Assembly (NCBI GenBank): GCA_002633005.1
Contig: NMRA01000184.1
Location: 3,255 to 67,254 of the forward strand
Direction of reading: 5' to 3'
Length of the DNA stretch: 64,000 nt
Source: Phoronis australis
Taxonomy: Eukaryota > Animalia > Phoronida
Part shown: positions 36,783-50,104 of the stretch, one piece after another
Numbering within the stretch: position 1 is the first letter of the stretch
How the letters are laid out: the number at the start of each line of letters is the position of its first letter
The notes under the pieces: model-generated
Database searches by the model: none
What the model was told of the DNA's origin: nothing
What the model saw: only the letters and a program-made list of their open reading frames with translations
Translations under genes and position numbers: made by a program

Positions 36783-37335
36783 ACGTCTCTGCCATAATAC
36801 TCCGGGAAAAGGACCAGATCAAGAGAAATGGACCAAAATCTATAACCTGCTGGAAGGATTAAAGACGAAAAAGACCTCACTTAATAGTGTCGTCAGGACA
36901 TCCGGTCGAGAATTATCGAAGGTGAGCGTTGGATCGAACCATTTAAATGAATATCTTAAATGCGTAAGCGACACAAGCCGTATGTATCAACTCAAAGGAC
37001 TGACTCATGATGTCTCAGACATGGGTTTTTGAAACAGGATAGTTAACCGTATATTAATNACGTCTCTGCCATAATACTCCGGGAAAAGGACCAGATCAAG
37101 AGAAATGGACCAAAATCTATCACCTGCTGGAAGGAATAAAGACGAAAAAGACCACACTTAATAGTGTCGTCAGAACATCAGGTCGAGAATTATCGAAGGT
37201 GAGCGTTGGATCGAAGCATTTAAATGAATATCTTAATTGCGTAAGCGACACAAGCCGTATGTATCATCTCAAAGGACTGACTCATGATGTCTCAGACATG
37301 GGTTTTTGAAACAGGATAGTTAACAGTATATTAAT
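36783..37335. repeat. 276 bp tandem duplicate separated by a single N; likely haplotype-overlap assembly artefact
   Basis: 36783-37058 and 37060-37335 differ by scattered SNPs and are joined exactly at N 37059. Confidence 0.85.
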
Positions 37336-38260
37336 AAAAAACATTTAGTCACTGGTCTAATACTATTCCCAAATCAACACTCTGCAGGTTTATTTTGAAG
37401 ATCGCGTTTGAAGCAGCTTAGCGTACGCATATAACCAAAGTCATTTCAAGATAGATCTTATGTTTGTGTTCCAGTGGATTGCCATAACGAGGGACATGAC
37501 AAATGGCCATTTAGGAAACGGAGACGGCGACATCTGCAGGTTAATAGTTCACATTTACAGTCCTCAAAATCTCACAATGTCTGTAGCGTAACTTTTAGCT
37601 CCGAGACTGAATGAACAGAGATATCTTTATTGGGATAGCTCTTTCATTAATTTTTCATTTTGCTTCATGACACCCTTATCATCACCACCACCGCCACCGG
37701 CTGCGCCACCATCAATGTCATAACCGTCAACAGTGTCATCGTCAGCGTCACCGCCTTCGTCACTATCATCAATCATCCAATANNNNNNNNNNNNNNNNNN
37801 NNNNNNNNNNNNNNNNNNNNNNNNNNNNNNNNNNNNNNNNNNNNNNNNNNNNNNNNNNNNNNNNNNNNNNNNNNNNNNNNNNNNNNNNNNNNNNNNNNNN
37901 NNNNNNNNNNNNNNNNNNNNNNNNNNNNNNNNNNNNNNNNNNNNNNNNNNNNNNNNNNNNNNNNNNNNNNNNNNNNNNNNNNNNNNNNNNNNNNNNNNNN
38001 NNNNNNNNNNNNNNNNNNNNNNNNNNNNNNNNNNNNNNNNNNNNNNNNNNNNNNNNNNNNNNNNNNNNNNNNNNNNNNNNNNNNNNNNNNNNNNNNNNNN
38101 NNNNNNNNNNNNNNNNNNNNNNNNNNNNNNNNNNNNNNNNNNNNNNNNNNNNNNNNNNNNNNNNNNNNNNNNNNNNNNNNNNNNNNNNNNNNNNNNNNNN
38201 NNNNNNNNNNNNNNNNNNNNNNNNNNNNNNNNNNNNNNNNNNNNNNNNNNNNNNNNNNNT

Positions 38261-38440
38261 GCGGGGGATCGTGGGAAAACTAACGAACAGGCAATTGTCA
38301 AAGGTGAAACAAAAATGGGTGATGAAGAACCCTTAGAGAATAAGACCTCGCTGATATCTACAGAAGGAAACGAGATTCACGCCAAGGGTACACAGCCTCA
38401 TTTTCCTGCAATGATGATTCCGGTGATTCAAGTTTGTTAA
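38261..38440 (+). CDS. Possible 3' end of an unknown coding sequence emerging from a gap
   Basis: Open frame AGDRGKTNEQ...MMIPVIQVC* followed by AT-rich sequence with AATAAA near 38516. Confidence 0.3.
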   Translation, partial: AGDRGKTNEQAIVKGETKMGDEEPLENKTSLISTEGNEIHAKGTQPHFPAMMIPVIQVC

Positions 38441-40413
38441 TGGATTGCCAATCGATCAAATTTGTTTTTAAGTTCTTGTTTTGCTATTTTATTTGTCGGA
38501 GTTTTGTTTATAATTAATAAATCAAAACAACCAACTGTTCGTTTTAATGACATGACAAAAGAACATGAAGTAGTCTTCGTCATTTTGCCAGGATAAGCCA
38601 TAGCATGTTATCAGGTTTCTATTGAAGAACTAGCAAAAATTGACAGAAATTCACCTTTTTAACGTTTCACCAATATTTTCATTTTATTTCCTTATTAGCA
38701 AGAGTGTCGATGTCAGCGTGACTCCACTAACACACTTAACGCCTAACCTAACTGGCAGAAGGTAAAATTCAGTGGAAGAAATAGCAGCAGAGAGTAGCCT
38801 TCTTAAAAAGTCTTATAGGAGGTGTCTCGCGGTCGTGAAAGCTTAGGAATGAGACCGTTTGAGAGGTGGAAGACATCTAGAAGGAACAATCGTCCTGCAA
38901 TGGTGTTTGATAAAGTGCGTCACCAAGCAGTGGGCTTGAGGAAGCAGGTGCCTGGACGGCGTGGGAAGGAGTTCACAGCATACGTGTCACCGCGAATGAC
39001 CTTATTTCTTGAGAACAGTACAGGTCAGCGACCGAAATACACACTGGCCCTGTGGCTGCATTCGCTGGATGACGTGATCCCAAGTTCGACAATCTAAAAA
39101 TGAGGGTAATGATAGAAGATGACTCTTGCGGAAGTCGCGGGAGGCGCTGCACTTTGCAACGTGTGTTTTGTCATATTGTAAAACACCCTTAACAAAAGGG
39201 AGACATTANNNNNNNNNNNNNNNNNNNNNNNNNNNNNNNNNNNNNNNNNNNNNNNNNNNNNNNNNNNNNNNNNNNNNNNNNNNNNNNNNNNNNNNNNNNN
39301 NNNNNNNNNNNNNNNNNNNNNNNNNNNNNNNNNNNNNNNNNNNNNNNNNNNNNNNNNNNNNNNNNNNNNNNNNNNNNNNNNNNNNNNNNNNNNNNNNNNN
39401 NNNNNNNNNNNNNNNNNNNNNNNNNNNNNNNNNNNNNNNNNNNNNNNNNNNNNNNNNNNNNNNNNNNNNNNNNNNNNNNNNNNNNNNNNNNNNNNNNNNN
39501 NNNNNNNNNNNNNNNNNNNNNNNNNNNNNNNNNNNNNNNNNNNNNNNNNNNNNNNNNNNNNNNNNNNNNNNNNNNNNNNNNNNNNNNNNNNNNNNNNNNN
39601 NNNNNNNNNNNNNNNNNNNNNNNNNNNNNNNNNNNNNNNNNNNNNNNNNNNNNNNNNNNNNNNNNNNNNNNNNNNNNNNNNNNNNNNNNNNNNNNNNNNN
39701 NNNNNNNNNNNNNNNNNNNNNNNNNNNNNNNNNNNNNNNNNNNNNNNNNNNNNNNNNNNNNNNNNNNNNNNNNNNNNNNNNNNNNNNNNNNNNNNNNNNN
39801 NNNNNNNNNNNNNNNNNNNNNNNNNNNNNNNNNNNNNNNNNNNNNNNNNNNNNNNNNNNNNNNNNNNNNNNNNNNNNNNNNNNNNNNNNNNNNNNNNNNN
39901 NNNNNNNNNNNNNNNNNNNNNNNNNNNNNNNNNNNNNNNNNNNNNNNNNNNNNNNNNNNNNNNNNNNNNNNNNAGCGGTACCAATCAGAGTAACGTGAGA
40001 TCAATGCTTCCATTGAATACCTCGCATCGCTGCAGTTAGTCAACTTTTTATAGATAAAGCTGATACTTCAACAGAAGCAAGGTCATGATTCGTAGAATTT
40101 ATTGGTGAATTAGCCTGTTATGGCCACGGACTCTCCGGGACCCACAAAAAAGCTAGACCGTGTAGCCATGGCCTTTGATGAATCTTTCACCGTTAACACC
40201 CCTGGATACATCATCGGCTGGGTTATCACTCGTGTCCACATTATTTCCATTGCTCTGGCTAGGAGTATTCACGGATCGTTTGCACTCTGATAGCTACGAA
40301 TGGATGTTAGGGCCACAACAATTAATTGTTTGACGAAAATACGTCATAGTTAATGACGCTTGAGTCGCTTGTTGTATAGACGTTCTCTTCTGAGACAGAC
40401 GTTTAGATTTATC

Positions 40414-43400
40414 ATGGGTCGAAAATGTATTAGCAACGTTGTTCGAATGGACAGTGTCACAGCTTTATTTTATGTGGGGAAGTTAAAGCAAAGACGAAAG
40501 TGAGTAAACGTAACTAATGATATAATTTTTTATAAGTTATAACAGCTTATTTTGTGTTAAGTGTTAGAAAACGTGAAGTGAATTTACGACATTTACGATT
40601 GCTAACGTACAGTGTTTTAAAAATACTTTATAAATTCAATTATTTTAAAACATTCTTCGCTTCTTAAAAACTGTAACGTCCTTTTTCAGTCCAGTAGAAA
40701 GTTTTAGTAAGTATTTTAGATTGCCTGTATTTTTGTCAAAATCACTATTACGCATCAGGTGGGTTAATTGCCTATTAAATAATCAAGTAACGAAAGTTGT
40801 TCAAAGTGCAGCCAGGTCCAGAAGTCAGCGAATAAAAATATGTCTAAGAGTTAAGATGCAAGGAACTATCAGATTATTAGAAAAGTAAATAGTAACCAAT
40901 TCTCTAGATACTACATTTTAATTATTTTTTTTCTTGATTCAGGTGAAAGGCCTTTTGAAAGCAGCGAAGGATTCTTTGAACAACAAAAAGGCTCTAGCGA
41001 AAAATATAAAAAGTAAGCACATTCTGCACGCAACCGGGGAGTGGGGCTCAGGGAGCTAGAAGGAGTCACCATTTGGCTAAGTGGGCAAAAAGTTCGTCTC
41101 AGAGAAACAAAAACTCCGAATAAAGTAGAAAACGAGACAAAAGTCCACTAAAAAGGCAGGAACTACCAAAATTCGGCGAATGCACAATTCATAGCTCAGA
41201 ATGTACCCCGTGAATCTTAGTAAAAGGTCCACATTCTAAAAAAAATGAACCCCCCATTTTTAAGATGGGTGCGCGCATGAGTACTTGCCTTTTAATACCT
41301 TAACCAGGAACAATTCAGGTATTTAGACAACAATCCCGTCCGCCTTACCTAACAACAAAATTACAATGTCATTAATGAGTGAATTAGAAATGAATAATTT
41401 TAAGTAGATACACTGCATCACCGATGGTATATTTTGCAGAGTTCTCGTCAGACCCAAAAGTGGCACAAAGATTCCGGCAACTTTTCGCAAAGTTTGGAGA
41501 AATAAAAGTACAGCTAGATGCCGACCGGGAACAGGTCGAATCAGAAATCAAGAGTATCTACAGGTCAGTATTGACCGCAGGAATGTGCGAAAAGTTCATT
41601 GATCTCAAACTCCGACAATTTTGTACTACAGTCGGCGGTTAAGAACATGATTTAAAGAAAAAAAATAATCAGGTCTTTTTAGCTACTATGCTGTGTATGA
41701 GCACACTGAATTGGCAGCACCTTTTTTCTGGGTTAAAGTAAGTTTAACTGATATTTCAATAGGGCAAGCGTTATGACTAGAGGAATCTTAAAATGGGGGC
41801 TAGACCACATAGTCCACTACTGAATCCGAGCCTGCAAGCAACACTGTACACTGTATATTGAAAACTATATTTACAGTACCGCAGCTGCNGAACATTCCTG
41901 GGAATCGTCGCAAAATCTTTTTTTATTCATTTGACACTCAGGTACAGGGCGTGTGTTTTTTATTCTAACTGCTACGACATGATTTGGTTCAAAAATCGCG
42001 CCGGGTCGGTTGTCAAGATTTCCATCTCTAGACCACAAGAAAATCGCATATTTGTTGCATGAAGCATTTCCTAATACACGTGGTAAGATCTCCCCATGAA
42101 GGGAATGAACACTTTTTCCTACGTCGGGATATACACTTGTTACTGGCATTTTCAATACAGACGACAGACCCATGACAGCCATGAGACCACTCCAATTCCC
42201 ATCGTGGCACAGATGCTTTGCCTCTCTTACAATGGCTGCTTCATTATCATCGTTTACAGTGTCTCCAAGACAGTCCTCCTGAGACATTACCACAGTGAAT
42301 AATGTTTGAAAATCCGAAGATATAGTTTTCTTTCTGAGTAGCAGCAATAACGTGTGGGTGCCTTGCATAAAAGTCAGAGTGAATGAAGAGCTCGGCTGCA
42401 GTCAGCAGCCTTAATGTCACGTGGAGGGATTCGTCACCTATAAACAGAAATTAAGCAACTGCAAGGTTGTATCAAGAGATTACTTGTCTTTATAGAACTG
42501 TGAAGTTCGGTTATCTACATCAGAAGAGGAGAGGCATAACGACAATTGAAACTACTGTCTCTTTGTTGAGATGTCCCAACTTCTAACGCTATATCAATGA
42601 TAATATCTCTCCCATTGGCAAAATTAATGTATTTTTGACTGGAATATTTTTTCAGTATTGAGCCTCTGATACGAATAATTTGGTTTCAGATATCAAATTC
42701 GCTTTCTTAATATCCGACCACATAGGTGCAACAGAGAGAAAATCAACTTTGTGTTGCCTTTTGAATACACTAACTTTACGAGTGGGTGAAACAACAATGG
42801 TAGCAGTTTAGGAAAAAAATTGCCAAAAAGTTTATCTTGGTATTTCTGAAACCATGGTTACAAAATTTGCATACTAAAAACAAAATAAGAAACTGTTTCA
42901 AAAACTTGGATTTGAATTTTATCGTTTTTTCATTTCATTGTCGACTATTCTCTGCACAAAGCTCTTCGAACCAACGCATGGCCGGAAAAATAGAAATTGT
43001 TAACAGTTTTCAAAGCTTTTTCGAGTAAACGCCTTCCCACACTGATTAAAAGCTATCCGGAACACCTCGGATATTTGTGTATCTTCAAAACTTTCTTCGT
43101 AATTGAACGTTATCTGCACATGTGCGAACGTCAGGCCTAACAGGGTAGAGATCGTTAGGACCTCGCTAAAAACGAAGACTTAGCGAGATTACGCGAGATA
43201 ACCATTGAGAAAGCTGCAAACACTGTCGCTAGTTAAGTTACAGACAAAACAAAAGGCTCGGCCTGGACCAAGGATCAAGCATGACATCAGGAGTATTGCA
43301 GAGTGATAACGGATTTCTCTTAACGAAGCTATTACATCATACTAAGTGGGTTAATATGTACATGCATGCCTGGCATAAATTTGTCATTTCCATTGAATAC

Positions 43401-43747
43401 CCGCTTGGATCGACTAACGATTCAGCGAGCTTAGACAGCTCATTTCCGTATCTTTTGTTTTGCTTATAACACAAGTCTAATCAGGTAAAGATAATTGAGC
43501 GCGGACTGCTTTTCTTATCAACCAAGCAACTTAAATCCAGGTATAGTGAACCGATTATCATGATTTGAACACTGATTTTGGTTTCTTTTTATTTTCTATA
43601 TATTTGTGGAATCGTTAAATTCTTGTTTTTTCCAGAATGCAGTTTTATACATTGGTAGACAGAATTGCTTGTTACATTTATGACTGCTCGCAACGATCGA
43701 TTAACTATGTTCATGACTGGAAACACAGTTTGAATGATTATCGCTAA
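40414..43747 (+). CDS. Small MGxKC/coiled-coil gene, copy B (~130-140 aa, family unknown)
   Basis: Exons 40414-40499 (86 nt, as in copy A), 40943-41012, 41440-41563 (124 nt, as in copy A) and probable last exon 43636-43747. The last three join in phase. Exon 1 to exon 2 needs an extra micro-exon or alternative acceptor. Confidence 0.55.
41025..41280. mobile_element. Short dispersed repeat/MITE; second family member at ~50565-50806
   Basis: Shared TGGGCAAAAA(A)GT.CGTCTCAG.GAAACAAA core and TGGGTGCGC.CATGA end in both places. Confidence 0.65.
41890..42437 (-). pseudogene. Vertnin-like (OTU-fold) coding fragment, probably DNA-transposon cargo, inside an intron of copy B
   Basis: GDESLHVTLRLLTAAELFIHSDFYARHP, then a frameshift, then WSGLMAVMGLSSVLKMPVTSVYP..FLWSRDGNLDNRPGAIFEPNHVV. 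Acceptor TTTATAG at 42438; truncated at N 41889; possible CAGGCC terminus at 43265. Confidence 0.65.
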
Positions 43748-44187
43748 CCAAAATTAAGCCGGCCGGACTGCTTCGGCTTATCACTGCGCATAATAGTAGC
43801 CGGGGTATCTGAACCTCGCCTATACAGTTGTATATGAAGAAGTCAGTGTAAAAATGCAAATCCATGATGAGCTTTTGACTTGCGGTTATTCGGTCTTCTG
43901 GGCACACTGAATAGTATTGTGACGCACAAATATTTTTGCTGAATTGGAGTACACATTTTGTGTGAACTTTGCTATTCAGATTACAACTTTGAAATGCCAT
44001 TCAGCAGGAATATTGCATTACTAGGGAAAAGTAATAAACCAATGTCATAGTAGATTTCCTGTGTTTTGCTTCTGTTTGCAAAGAACATTTAATTCGCATG
44101 ACACCTAGTGGGAATTGGTTGTTTGAGTTTGAAGGAATTTTTGAGTATTCTTGCTTTTGCAAGAAAATATTCTAACAATGATGTATT

Positions 44188-45104
44188 CAGTGGCGGATCT
44201 AGGATATCACAAGGGGGGCCAACATTTTGTCCGACTGTAAGCATTTGCGCAAACTGAACCACGATTGTAGATGCGCATAGCACCGAATGGGGGGAGGTCG
44301 GGAGGGGGGGCCCAAGAAATTTTTCTGTTTTTACCTCTAAAAATCAAGCGTTTTCCTTGATTCCTGAAGTATTATCCAAGAAAAAAAGGGGAAAAAAACG
44401 GAGAACGTGTCAACCAGGAAAAACTGCAAGTACCAAAGACTCGAACTCACGAGCTGGCGGATAGAGCGCGCGTGCGTTACCACTACACCACCACGATTTA
44501 ACTACATCCCTCATACTAAGAGACCTACTTGTTTATGGTCCACAGCGTTTGCGCGCGAAACCTACTTCATTTTGTAATGCTTATTACACGTGTTGTATTT
44601 TGTGCCATCAATTCTTAACAAATTTGTCGTATTTAAAATAGTCTTCAAATGCCCAAAAGACCAAATCCGTTTTTCGTGTTGGCAATAATGACGGCATTGC
44701 TTTGGAAATCGTCTTAAGATAAGGTTTGACAAAGACAGTTTTGCGAGTTTCTGAGTGATTCACTAAGGCTTCGATTAAAATTCACATCTTACCAGCATCT
44801 TCTGTTTTTTCATCGTCACTCAGGTTCCATTTTCTTTTAAAAATAAAGTAAATTTTCTTCATTGTACAGTAGAGCAGACGACAGAAACAGAGTCGTAGTG
44901 CGCAGCGCCTCTGCCGGTCGCCTGGGATATCGCGGGAGAGCCTATATACTTAACCATAGTTCCGTTACGAATGCACCGTGTTCCGAATTTGACACTTGAA
45001 ATTGGATTTGAGCCCCCCCCCNNNNNNNNNNNNNNNNNNNNNNNNNNNNNNNNNNNNNNNNNNNNNNNNNNNNCCCCCCCCCCCCCCCCCTAAATCCACC
45101 TATG
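44188..45104. mobile_element. CAGTGGCGGATC-type MITE containing a degenerate tRNA-like segment (44428-44497, -)
   Basis: Ends CAGTGGCGGATCTAGG / CCCCCTAAATCCACCTATG. Minus strand shows A-box TGGTGTAGTGGTAA and B-box GTTCGAGTC without an acceptor stem. Confidence 0.65.
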
Positions 45105-45134
45105 GTATTATTATGGGATCTCGGGAGTCTACCA

Positions 45135-45450
45135 ACTCTTTTAAACTCACCATACTGTCCAGCAACAACGGATTATGATGATATTTCAGTATGACACACG
45201 ATGGGATTCCAACTCGAACGCCACGGTGCCTTAACCCCTGGTGTTTCCACAATGTCTATTCATGCATTTGGTGATACTTGCCAGCTGAGGCACAGCATGT
45301 TGTCCATACATTTCTAGCCGCATGCTTCTTTGTATTCTGAAATTGAGTGGATTTCGATTTGTGTCCTTCACACGTCATTTTCACCCTTCAATAAACTCTG
45401 CCAGTAAGTTAGCAAACAGCACTGAGTAGCAAAGTGTGATGCCAAAATCG
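45135..45450 (-). pseudogene. Degraded P2X7-ballast-like fragment (Kolobok-type transposon accessory gene relic)
   Basis: Minus-strand frames give LWKHQGLRHRGVRVGIPSCV and, after a shift, GQYGEFK, resembling the W..LG...R..IPSC...GQY.GF motif; multiple stops. Confidence 0.4.
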
Positions 45451-47518
45451 GTCCATGGTGTTATCAGTGAAACTTATTTTTAAAAAACAGAATATGAACC
45501 GAAACAATGATTTTCAAAGGTGGCACTGCACAGGGCTTCAATGTATGAAGTGAAATGCCACCTTTGCGTGCATTGTACGACATCTCAATATCTTGCTAAT
45601 ACATGGAGTTCAAAAGATATTTAGGTTGCAAGCCTACGTACTCGTGCCTACTCACAGGCATAGCCAAAAGTCTTCCAGGGCTCTTTTTTCAATGAACAGG
45701 GGGCATGGCACCCTTGTAGCCCGCATGTACAGTGATTAACAGTTTTCCATACAGCCTTTATCACATAAAGCGTTTTTATGAAATGTAAAAAGGACAAATC
45801 TATGGGAGATCAAGAGATGCCTACTAATTACACTCCCTGTGCACACCAACGAGTTTCATCTAATAACCACAGTCATCGGTTTCAATTTGAGGATAAAATA
45901 TAGATAAAATAACAACGTTTCAATTTCATGACAGTCAGACATTGTCAGACAAACACAAACTGGAGTCACCTACTGCAGCGCATGTCCTTACATTGACATG
46001 GTATGACTATTGAGTTCTCAAATACCTGGTAACCTGTTAAATAATGAAGAATAGTGTGTACCTCAGTCACTGATAAACAACTTCTTGTGATGTCGTGGCA
46101 GTGTACATCCTTTTGCTGTTTGGCATTCGTCTACACCATGAATTATTGCACACTGATATCAGTTGAGGTCAGACGGCAGTCGCTACAAATGTATGGTGTT
46201 CTTCCCAGAGGACTTTGGGCCGGTAGCACTGTCTATGGATGGACGAGCACTATGTACCGCAAGGGTACCACATAGACTAGACTGCACCAAGTTCTATAAC
46301 TTGTCCAATGCCAGGGTCCTCTGATAACCGCAAGTACACTGGGTGTATTGTAAATGACTACGTGCCCAATTTATAAACGGTAACAATCGTTGCAACAACA
46401 CTCGGAATCCGACCAAGAAAAATGTGATCAGGTGGTCTCATGAGATCCATTCTTCTTCTTCCGATACGTCAAATTTCAAATTGTTGAAGACCCTGGCGGA
46501 AAAGTATTGGTCATTGCCAAAAGACAAAGTGCAGTTATTATTAACTGATGATGTTATATAGAACAGGATAAAAACATTTGAATGATATGATGTTGTGGCA
46601 TTTGGATCAATCTGTTCTTGAATGAATGTATAGATTATGTTTTTTGATAAGTTCATTCAAGTGCCGAATGGTGGCTTGGAGGAAGGTGTGCATACGAAAG
46701 TTGTGTTCACTGCATGTATGTGGGATGTGGTATGCAGTGTGATTGACGATTTGGGAAGAGCGTGACCTATGCGAGTAAGATAGTGTGATGGGTCACCTGG
46801 CACTAGCCTAGCCCATTCACTATTTTGTAAAATAGAGTGAGCCTAGTGTTCACCCATCTAGTGTGTTTCAAGACAACTCTTCTAACATAGGAGAAACAGT
46901 AGACGGTTGCCTGTATTTGTGCTTGACATAATGAGCACTTCTGCAGTGGGTCATTACATTTTAATTAACATTACGGGCTGTACGGGTCCCACGCGATATT
47001 AGCATTTGTCTTAGAATTCCCAACATCGAGGTTCCTTCTCAGGAAACCGAAGCGCTTGGTAGCTCAAGGTGTGATGATAACAAAATGTTTGTTAAATGAG
47101 AAGTCATTTGCAAAAGTGATTTCAAGGTACTTGGCTTCCGACGCTGATTTAAATTGATGTCCAAGGATAAAGTAGTTGCCTCACACTTCTTGCGCCCTTT
47201 TTAAAAAGCCAAACTTCAACGAAATTTTGTTTCTTTAGATGTATTAAGCTAACCAGATAGCACTGTAGGAACCAAATTTACTTGTGTTACCGTTGAAGAA
47301 CATTACTAGTATAGGGTGTGCAATTTCATTAACTAAGTCTTTTCTCATGAGGCTACATTGTCGAGATTGCCCTGACATCTTTAGCGTCCCTTACAGTTAT
47401 GACAGGCTTTTAGCAATATCATGGGTGAGCTGTGGCAATCGCTCTACAATAACTATTAGACCAGAATCTATGTTCGAAGCCATATAAGATGTTACGGTTG
47501 GAAGCCTGAGACATAAGT

Positions 47519-47951
47519 GGCCGGTTGCATGAAACAGTCCCAAATAGGGACTCAAATAAGGTACCTAAGTCTTTTTGCGTATTTGTGTTTTTTGTGGATT
47601 CACAGATGCAATGTTTTTCTATCAAGTCATCTTCATCATGATCTCCTCTTTAGTTAATGACATTTTCTAATAATATAACTAAAAACTGAGTCCACCGTTC
47701 ATTGAAAATAAATAGGGACACAGTCTTTAAATTGGGGGTGTTGCATGAAAAGATCCCTATTTATTTTCGATAATATTGACAATTCAACGTAGAGTTCACT
47801 CTCGATTTGTATCAAAGTCAAAAGTTGACTTAATAATGAAACTAAAATTATACAAGAAAAGGCAATCGATGTTTTCACAAGTCCACAAATACGCAGCAAA
47901 TTTAGGAAACTTAGTTGAGTCCTTATTTGTGTCTGTTTCGTGCAACCGGGC
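47519..47951. mobile_element. Harbinger-like MITE
   Basis: TIR GGCCGGTTGCATGAAACAGTCCCAAATAGGGACTCAA / TTGAGTCCTTATTTGTGTCTGTTTCGTGCAACCGGGC. Confidence 0.75.
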
Positions 47952-50104
47952 ACAGGTTACTAAAATGATTTTTTTTCCTTGCTGCTTTATGTAGCCCAGA
48001 GATAGGTGATAATGATCCAGTGGGGTGACTTTTCACAATCATTATTGAGCATTTTAATACGCAATTTAAATCCGCCATTATTTCCCTACCAAGTACTGCA
48101 TGCACCTTTTTTGATGTTTTTCACCAATGTTTCTATGGTCGGCGACTTCAATGGGGCAAGCGTATTTGGTAAACATTTGGTGAATCTGCAATTCTATTTG
48201 TGCTTATTAAACTCATTAACCACGAGAACATTTGTACAAATTTTAAAATAATCTTCATGTAGATCCCCATAAGGAAATTAAGTGCAGAATCAATTAGAAA
48301 TTCAGTTGTGGGGCCTTTATTTGTATAAATTATGCAAAAACTTGCAAACTGGTTTCATTGAATTCATTGACCGTAGAAACATGGGTTCAAATGCCATTGG
48401 AGTTTACATGCATTGTCTGGTACCGGAGCTATAAGCACAAGTAGAATTTTAAATAATAGTGGCCTCAATGAATTTCCATAAATAAAGTAAAATTACACGT
48501 TTGTGTCTATAAACTAGCTCCATGAAATTCACTGATCATGGAAACATTGGTTAAAACAACAAAATCATCTTGTCTCCGTTGCTTGGTAAGGAAGTTATGA
48601 GCAAGAATATAATCATGAAAAATGGCGGTCCTAATTTGCTTATTTAAAAAAATACTCAAGGGAAGCAAATAGTCACCTTCCTAGCCCTCCCCCACCGAGT
48701 GATGCCCTAAGCTATATAAAACAGCAAAGAAAACGTGATCGGGCAAATTCAGTTACAGCCCCCTGGCTCTTGAACTCAAAGCCTGTTCATTCTGGTTATC
48801 ACATCCACGCACAGCACTTTATAGGGGTGTTGCTAGGGTATCTCCTCCGGAAACCAAAAGAAAATCCAATGATGAAATGACAGCGATTGTGTCGAAGCAC
48901 ATATTAAATGGCACATTCAACCAGACCTCGGGTTCGGCTAATTTTCCGGACTAGTGTTTAAAAGTTCATTAGGGGTTTACAATAATTATGATAACATGTA
49001 CATACTTGTTCAGAAAATGCATTCTTCACAGTTGTTTCCATCAGACATTTTGCAGCCAAATTCGGTCAGAGAAGCGTGAACCGTGTTCGTGACAAGTATT
49101 CCGTCGAATAGCAAACCTGAGTAATCTGTACCTGGGTCATATACGCGAGGAGCGATACAGACCTGCATGCGACCACTAGAGACTCTGCATGGTCATTTTC
49201 AAATCCATTGACGGGATTTCCCTCTCCCGAAAAGTTAGACACCCTTTGCAAGTTCGCACACCTTTATATGGAAATGTCAGTATTGCTCAGCTTTGGTATC
49301 GTTTTAGATGAATACAAGATGCGAACATGTTTGTATACGGTGACGATGATTCCGTTATTATGTATTATCCGTGTACGTAACAAAGAATACGCCGAAATCT
49401 AGTTTCTACATGCAATCCCATTGGGTTTATTTTGCCGTCAGATCCAGGGGTGGATCCAGGATTTTGAGTTAGGGGGTGCCAAGGCAGAGTATTAGCCAGG
49501 GAGTTAGATTTTTGCCCCTCAGACAATCGCGCCCCTGAACTGGCAAAGGGGGAGAGGTGGAGAGGTGGATTTCCCCCTCGTGTCTATGAGAAGTTCTGCT
49601 TTAGTGTCTCATATTTTTCTTGATTTTTGAAGCATACAATGTAATCAACCCTCGCCAAGTTGCTCTGTGCATCGAGCACGACAAAATCCCAGAGCCCTTC
49701 AGAATGACTTGGAATCTTAATCCAAAGTCAAATTTTTAACTTCCTTCGTTACAGACAAAAACGCCCATAATTCTTGAATTTCGCATACCTTTTTGCCGAG
49801 TGCGTTTAAGAATGTCTTAACCTGTGAATGGTACTTAGTCGTCGAGCCCCGGGCGCGCCGCTACGCATTTGCTTCCGACGAACAAGATGCGATATAATGA
49901 TCGTGCTGTCGCTGAAGATGCAAAAGAACAGTAAACTTAATCGAAATCTTCTTACTTTGCATTAAATGCAAATACTACGAAATAACGTCTATTTAACTAC
50001 GCATGCGAATGTATACATGACAAGACTGAACGAAAAAAGATGTTGGTAGCAGAATTTAAAGCAAGCATGCAAGGATGCCAAAATGTGATTTTACTTTCGA
50101 GCAC

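Noticed and set aside
36783-37335. Recent tandem duplication
   Set aside because: The copies are joined exactly at a single N, typical of unmerged allelic contig ends.
38790-39110. GC-rich exon-like stretch
   Set aside because: All minus-strand frames from the candidate acceptor contain stops, and the plus ORF has no recognisable motif.
44428-44497. tRNA-like sequence on the minus strand with an apparent CTA (amber) anticodon
   Set aside because: Acceptor stem does not pair, T and anticodon stems are broken, and it lies inside a MITE; a tRNA-derived relic, not a suppressor tRNA.
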